Of a stretch of 49,171 bases of DNA, positions 13,044 to 49,171 are shown piece by piece. Under the pieces are notes generated by a model. It was not told where the DNA came from, made no database searches, and worked only from the letters and a program-made list of their open reading frames with translations. Made by a program: the position numbers and the translations under genes. The number at the start of each line of letters is the position of its first letter. Position 1 is the stretch's first letter. The stretch lies in contig NC_069002.1 in assembly GCF_001194135.2 (NCBI RefSeq), positions 32,091,933-32,141,103 on the forward strand, read 5' to 3'. Origin of the DNA: Octopus bimaculoides. Taxonomy: Eukaryota.

Positions 13044-13493
13044 TAGATAGATAGAGAGATACAGAATGGTAGAAGGAAAAATGAAGGTTGAATATGAAAG
13101 AGGGAAGGAGGGAGACGTAAACGCAACTCCTACCTGTCTGTTTCACAACCAGGTGAAAACTTGGTTTCCTTTTAACGCCTTCCAGATATTCAGCAAGGTT
13201 TATAAAATGCTGCAATAGCAACGACATACTATAAAGCTATTCACGCGTACTCCTTAGCGAGTTTTCGTGCTCGTGTTCAAATACTTGATACTCTTTCGGT
13301 GCCAGCTTCTACATGCTTTTTTGTGTATGCGTGTGCGTAAGTATTATATTGTGTATATGTTTGTATTTTGCTTTGTGTATGCGTATGAGTATGTGTTTTT
13401 GTCTGTCTGTATGTGAGTATATGTATATATTCATACCTTAATGACAATGAAATATATGAATATATGGACACGGTTGTATGACTTTCAGCCATA

Positions 13494-13534
<41 letters not shown>

Positions 13535-13598
13535 ATACCATGTATATATATATAATATACTATATATATCTATATATCTATATATATACCTATATATG

Positions 13599-13630
<32 letters not shown>

Positions 13631-13798
13631 TNNNNNNNNNNNNNNNNNNNNNNNNNNNNNNNNNNNNNNNNNNNNNNNNNNNNNNNNNNNNNNNNNNNNN
13701 NNNNNNNNNNNNNNNNNNNNNNNNNNNNNNNNNNNNNNNNNNNNNNNNNNNNNNNNNNNNNNNNNNNNNNNNNNNNNNNNNNNNNNNNNNNNNNNNNN

Positions 13799-14011
13799 AG
13801 GGATTTGCATTGAGTTGCTTCTCCAACATACTGAAAATTTAGAAATAGCAGTCAAAGAACTACTGATTCTAAACTACAAATTTTTCTCTAAACGGATGGC
13901 GATACTTATGGCACACATAGAACAAAAAATTTGTAGTTTAGAATCAGTAGTTCTTTGACTGCTATTTCTAAATTTTCAGTATGTTGGAGAAGCAACTCAA
14001 TGCAAATCCCT
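13799..14011. mobile_element. Palindromic MITE-like element with perfect 87-bp arms
   Basis: 13799-13885 is the exact reverse complement of 13925-14011, with a 39-bp spacer. The right end CCCTG-TA suggests TA-flanked CAGGG termini (Tc1/mariner type). The left end abuts an N gap. Confidence 0.65.
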
Positions 14012-14381
14012 GTATATTTATGATGATAAATGGTTTTACCGATAAAGGTTTTTTCATACTGAACTACTTGGCAAAATTGTTAATTATTAATTCTATTATT
14101 AAGTGACGATTCCATGCCCTTATTCTTGTATATACATAAATAGATATATACATAAATAGATATATACATAAATAAACACACATACACACATATGTATATG
14201 TGAGAGTGAGATGAATATAAACAGAGATTAAATATGTATATATTTATACACACACATATATACGAAGAGACAAAGAGAGTAAACGAGAAAGAGGAAAAGG
14301 AAGACGAGAGAGAGAGGGAGAGGAAGAGATGGGTAGGGAGAATCAAATGCCTAAAACTGTAACTCAACACATATATATGCA

Positions 14382-14427
<46 letters not shown>

Positions 14428-15532
14428 TGATCTATATATATGTGTATATATATTTATATGTATATATATATATGAATATATATATATTTATACATATATA
14501 TATATGTATACACATATATATATGTATATATACACATTTACATATATAGATGCATATACATACACACATACACACACACACATATATATATGTATTTAAA
14601 TATATTAAAAAATACATATAGATATTCGGTTATAGACAAATACATTGGCACACCGATACACCAATAAATGGCGACGTACATTAAAAGACAATTATTATAC
14701 AGATATGTTTGCATGGTTGCATAGTATATGGATACAAATAGATATCAGAGACATGTGAACGATCTATTAGTGGTATGTTGATATACGGTTAGCACACGGA
14801 TATAAAGATACAACGGTATAGACATATAAATCGGTTATATAGAGACAAAAAAAAAATGTACAGGCTTAAAGGAATATGGATTAAAATATATATGGACATC
14901 AATATGCATTGATGCCTCAGTGTCTGGAGATATTGGTAAATGCAGACTGAAGACGAAAATGCTTGTACGTATATTAAACATATAACTTCCTATACATATA
15001 GATACACAATACAGTTAAACATATAACTATTTCTTTTTTGATATTCATATATNNNNNNNNNNNNNNNNNNNNNNNNNNNNNNNNNNNNNNNNNNNNNNNN
15101 NNNNNNNNNNNNNNNNNNNNNNNNNNNNNNNNNNNNNNNNNNNNNNNNNNNNNNNNNNNNNNNNNNNNNNNNNNNNNNNNNNNNNNNNNNNNNNNNNNNN
15201 NNNNNNNNNNNNNNNNNNNNNNNNNNNNNNNNNNNNNNNNNNNNNNNNNNNNNNNNNNNNNNNNNNNNNNNNNNNNNNNNNNNNNNNNNNNNNNNNNNNN
15301 NNNNNNNNNNNNNNNNNNNNNNNNNNNNNNNNNNNNNNNNNNNNNNNNNNNNNNNNNNNNNNNNNNNNNNNNNNNNNNNNNNNNNNNNNNNNNNNNNNNN
15401 NNNNNNNNNNNNNNNNNNNNNNNNNNNNTAAGATACAGCTTTGATATTATAACACCTAAAAACCAAAAGAAACTTGAAGAATAATAAACTTGGCATGAAG
15501 TAATTCTATGACAAATTATCAACAATGTTGTG

Positions 15533-15838
15533 AGCCTGAATATGGTGAGTTAATATCTTACGACTTAGTTTGTGGAGACCTAGATTACGGTTGATTTGCA
15601 GTATGACGGCCTGGAGCTGGGTGATTTTGTACCTGGTTATCTAGAATACGGTAAAGCCGTGTATAACTAGCTGTATAACGGGCTGTGATATGGTGGCCTA
15701 GGATATGGTGATCTGGAATATGGTGACTTAAGGAAACGGCGATTGAAAATGCGGTGACGTTCTATATAGCGATCTACAATGTGGTGACCTTAATTGGTGA
15801 CTTCAGTGTGGTGACCTGCAATATGGCGATCTGCAATA
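15533..15838. repeat. Decayed 15-bp minisatellite (consensus ~TATGGTGACCTGGAA)
   Basis: Recurring (T/G)GGTGAC/GAT..T at ~15-nt spacing, e.g. TATGGTGGCCTAGGA TATGGTGATCTGGAA TATGGTGACTTAAGG. Confidence 0.7.
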
Positions 15839-16448
15839 GGTGGGTGGACTTATAAAGTAAAGTCGACATTCTTTAAAATATAGAAGCACTGTTATACTAG
15901 TGAGGCAATATCTTGATTATTTCGTAGTGTTATATAATAATGTTACCATAGCAACAAACTTCGAAACAATGGCAATATGGCAATATAGTAGTTGTAGTAG
16001 AAAAAGCATTTGTATTAGTAGTAGTAGTAGTAGTAGTAGCATGAAAAATAATAATAACAATAAAAAGTACAATAACAGCAACAATAATAATATTAATGAT
16101 AATAACAACAACAAAAGCAACAACAACAAAAACAACAACAATAGTCCTTTCTACTAAAGGCACAAGGACTCGAACTTTTGGGGAGGGTACTAGTCGATTA
16201 CATCAACGCCAGTTTTTCACTGGTACTTGATCTATCGACTCCGAAAGGATGAAAGGTAAAGTCAATCAGTACGATTAGAACTCCTTGTGTTAGATTAACT
16301 GAATTTCCCCCCTTATCGAATGTTCATGCGGATAATCGAGGGAGTATAATCGCAGAAACCCTGGCGCCATCTAACGTAAGTCGTGATCCTCTTCAGGCAG
16401 ACACCAAGTGACTTAGTTGTAATATAACATGATATAATATAGCTATAT

Positions 16449-16839
16449 GTTGTTGTTGTTGGCATTCCGTCGGTTACGACGTCGAGGGTTCCAGTTGATC
16501 CGTTCAACGGAACAGCCTGCTCGTGAAATTAACGTGCACGTGGCTGAGCACTCCACAGACACGTGTACCCTTAACGTAGTTCTCAGGGGATATTCAGCGT
16601 GACACAGTGTGACAAGGCTGACCCTTTGAATTACAAGCACAACAGAAACAGGAAGTAAGAGTGAGAGAAAGTTGTGGTGAATGAGTACAACAGGGTTCGC
16701 CACCATCCCCTGCCGGAGCCTCGTGGAGCTTTAGGTGTTTTCGCTCAATAAACACACACAACGTCCGGTCTGGGAATCGAAACCGCGATCCTATGACTGC
16801 GAGTCGGCTGCCCTAACCACTGGGCCATTGCGCCTCCAC
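16449..16839 (-). mobile_element. tRNA-derived SINE, family A
   Basis: Head GTGGAGGCGCAATGGCCCAGTGG (A box) and GGTTTCGATTCC (B box), with an (AAC)n tail. Highly similar to the copies at 20773, 36789 and 48315. Confidence 0.92.
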
Positions 16840-17156
16840 ACTCGTATATATTAACGTATACAAATTCAAATATCTGCTTCTCGTATTTTATTGCAACTAA
16901 CTGAACATCAACATTCCCTGGGTTTTTTAGCCTTGAATCTAATTCCTTTACAGAATCAAACACCGTGTATAAGTGACACAATTAATCTGTTGAACTTCCA
17001 CACAGTTTCCATCTATTGAAATCTACCGAGATATCTTCGGTGGGCCCAAAGCTGCAGTTGGAGCGACTTACTTGTTCGAGGAACCCAAAACTCCCGAGAT
17101 TTCGAGGCGAATTTTATTCCCCTGCCACACACCATTCCGGCCATGTTTGCACCCAA

Positions 17157-17158
17157 TC

Positions 17159-17211
<53 letters not shown>
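17157..17211. repeat. (AAC)n microsatellite
   Basis: Seen directly; ~40 nt from the donor of the 17253-17319 exon. Confidence 0.95.
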
Positions 17212-17213
<2 letters not shown>

Positions 17214-17252
17214 CTAAGACAAATAACACAAAGATACCAATTCTGTACTCAC

Positions 17253-48017
<30,765 letters not shown>

Positions 48018-48060
48018 CTGCAAAGAAAGGGATAGAAAAATAGAAACTGCTAATAAAGAC

Positions 48061-48226
48061 GATGTGAAACTGGTTCAGTGGTTAGGGCATTCGACTCACG
48101 ATTGTGAGTTCAATTCCCAGCGGGGAGTTGCTTCCTTGAGCAAAGACATTTTACTTCACGTTGCTCCAGTTCACTCAACTGGCTAAAATGTGTTCTACCT
48201 GTAATTCAAAGGGCCACCCTTGTCAC
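48061..48226 (+). mobile_element. Diverged tRNA-derived SINE sharing a core with family A
   Basis: TGGTTCAGTGG and GAGTTCAATTCC boxes, then TACCTGTAATTCAAAGGG.C..CCTTGTCAC, which is shared with family A. Confidence 0.6.
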
Positions 48227-48314
48227 AAATAATAGCAGCTAAATCCCTCTGAAATATCAAATCCATAAAGGACGGTGGTTCAATAATTGCTTTTAACATA
48301 GGTACAAGATCAAA

Positions 48315-48704
48315 GTGGAGGCGCAATGGCCCAGTGGTTAGGGCAGCGGACTCGCGGTCATAGGATCGCGGTTTCGATTCCCAGACCGGGCCTTCTGAGT
48401 GTTTATTGAGCAAAAACACCTAAAGCACCACGAGGCTCCGGCAGGGGATGGTGGCGAACCCTGCTGTACTCTTTCACCACAACTTTCTCTCACTCTTACT
48501 TCCTGTTTCTGTTGTACCTGTATTTCAAAGGGTCAGCCTTGTCACTCTGTGTCACGCTGATTATCCCCGAGAACTATGTTAAGGGTACACGTGTCTGTGG
48601 AGTGCTCAGCCACTTGCACGTTAATTTCACAAGCAGGCTGTTCCGTTGATCGGATCAACTGGAACCCTTGACGTCATAAGCGACGGAGTGCCAACGACAA
48701 CAAC
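48315..48704 (+). mobile_element. tRNA-derived SINE, family A
   Basis: Full-length copy with A/B boxes and a CAA-rich tail; degenerate flanking repeat ACA(A/C)GATC. Confidence 0.92.
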
Positions 48705-48836
48705 ACGATCTAAAAGTTCTAGGGTTTGCAGTTTAAATCCATAATTAGGATTTGAAAATGACACGCGGGGCAATGTATTGCTAGACATAAAAAAGACGGT
48801 GATGACCATCGCTGGATCGCCTTTGTAGATCTATCT

Positions 48837-48900
48837 CAGGCGTTCTCAACCATTTTTTATCTATGGACCCCTTGACTATATATACAATTTCTCCGTGGAC
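48837..48900 (+). mobile_element. Possible hAT/Charlie-type 5' end
   Basis: CAGGCGTTCTCAACCATTTTTT..ATGGACCCC resembles Charlie-type termini. No matching right end was seen. Confidence 0.35.
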
Positions 48901-49171
48901 GGTTTTAGGCGATTGCTGTATTCGTTGTTGTGTTGTCTGAAAATGAACTGAAGACAATTGGACTGGTGTCATATTTTCTCTTGAAGAAAAGATTTTAAAA
49001 TGTGTCTAGATTTGCCCAGTGTATCTGGTTACAAACTGCACTGATGGCGGTTAATAACTGTGTGCGTGTGTGTGTATGTATATGTGTGTGTATATATGTG
49101 TGTGTGTATGTGTATGTGTGCGTGTATACTAATATATACTTTTGTTATTTACACCACCTGTCCTCGTCTGT

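Noticed and set aside
13134-13209. 76-nt candidate exon HFINLAEYLEGVKRKPSFHLVVKQT (phase 0 to 1)
   Set aside because: Weak polypyrimidine tract, no transmembrane helix and no family similarity; unresolved without RNA data.

Overview
This is AT-rich, microsatellite-dense animal genomic DNA from a gapped short-read assembly with many N runs, mostly beside (AT)n/(CA)n tracts. The repeat landscape looks like a cephalopod (Octopus-type) genome; this is an inference. The one clear protein-coding gene is a multi-exon cadherin on the minus strand. I traced 11 exons by hand with canonical AG/GT sites and consistent phases (47867-48017, 46627-46842, 45301-45617, 43716-44234, 37327-37509, 35671-35902, 33897-34213, 30184-30441, 23121-23207, 21874-21942, 17253-17319). 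They encode about 7 C-terminal cadherin (EC) repeats plus the membrane-adjacent domain typical of the CDH23/Cad87A group. One short exon and the transmembrane exon(s) were not found and probably lie in gaps; the 5' part of the gene is outside the window. The introns hold several tRNA-derived SINE families, a CR1-type LINE remnant, hAT/Tigger/mariner/Helentron-type DNA elements, several foldback hairpins and minisatellites. The most unusual observations are a head-to-head palindromic element carrying two type-I hammerhead-ribozyme-like motifs with a CCGAUGA core, and a foldback element whose arms are built from a 20-bp subunit that also occurs as a solo array.
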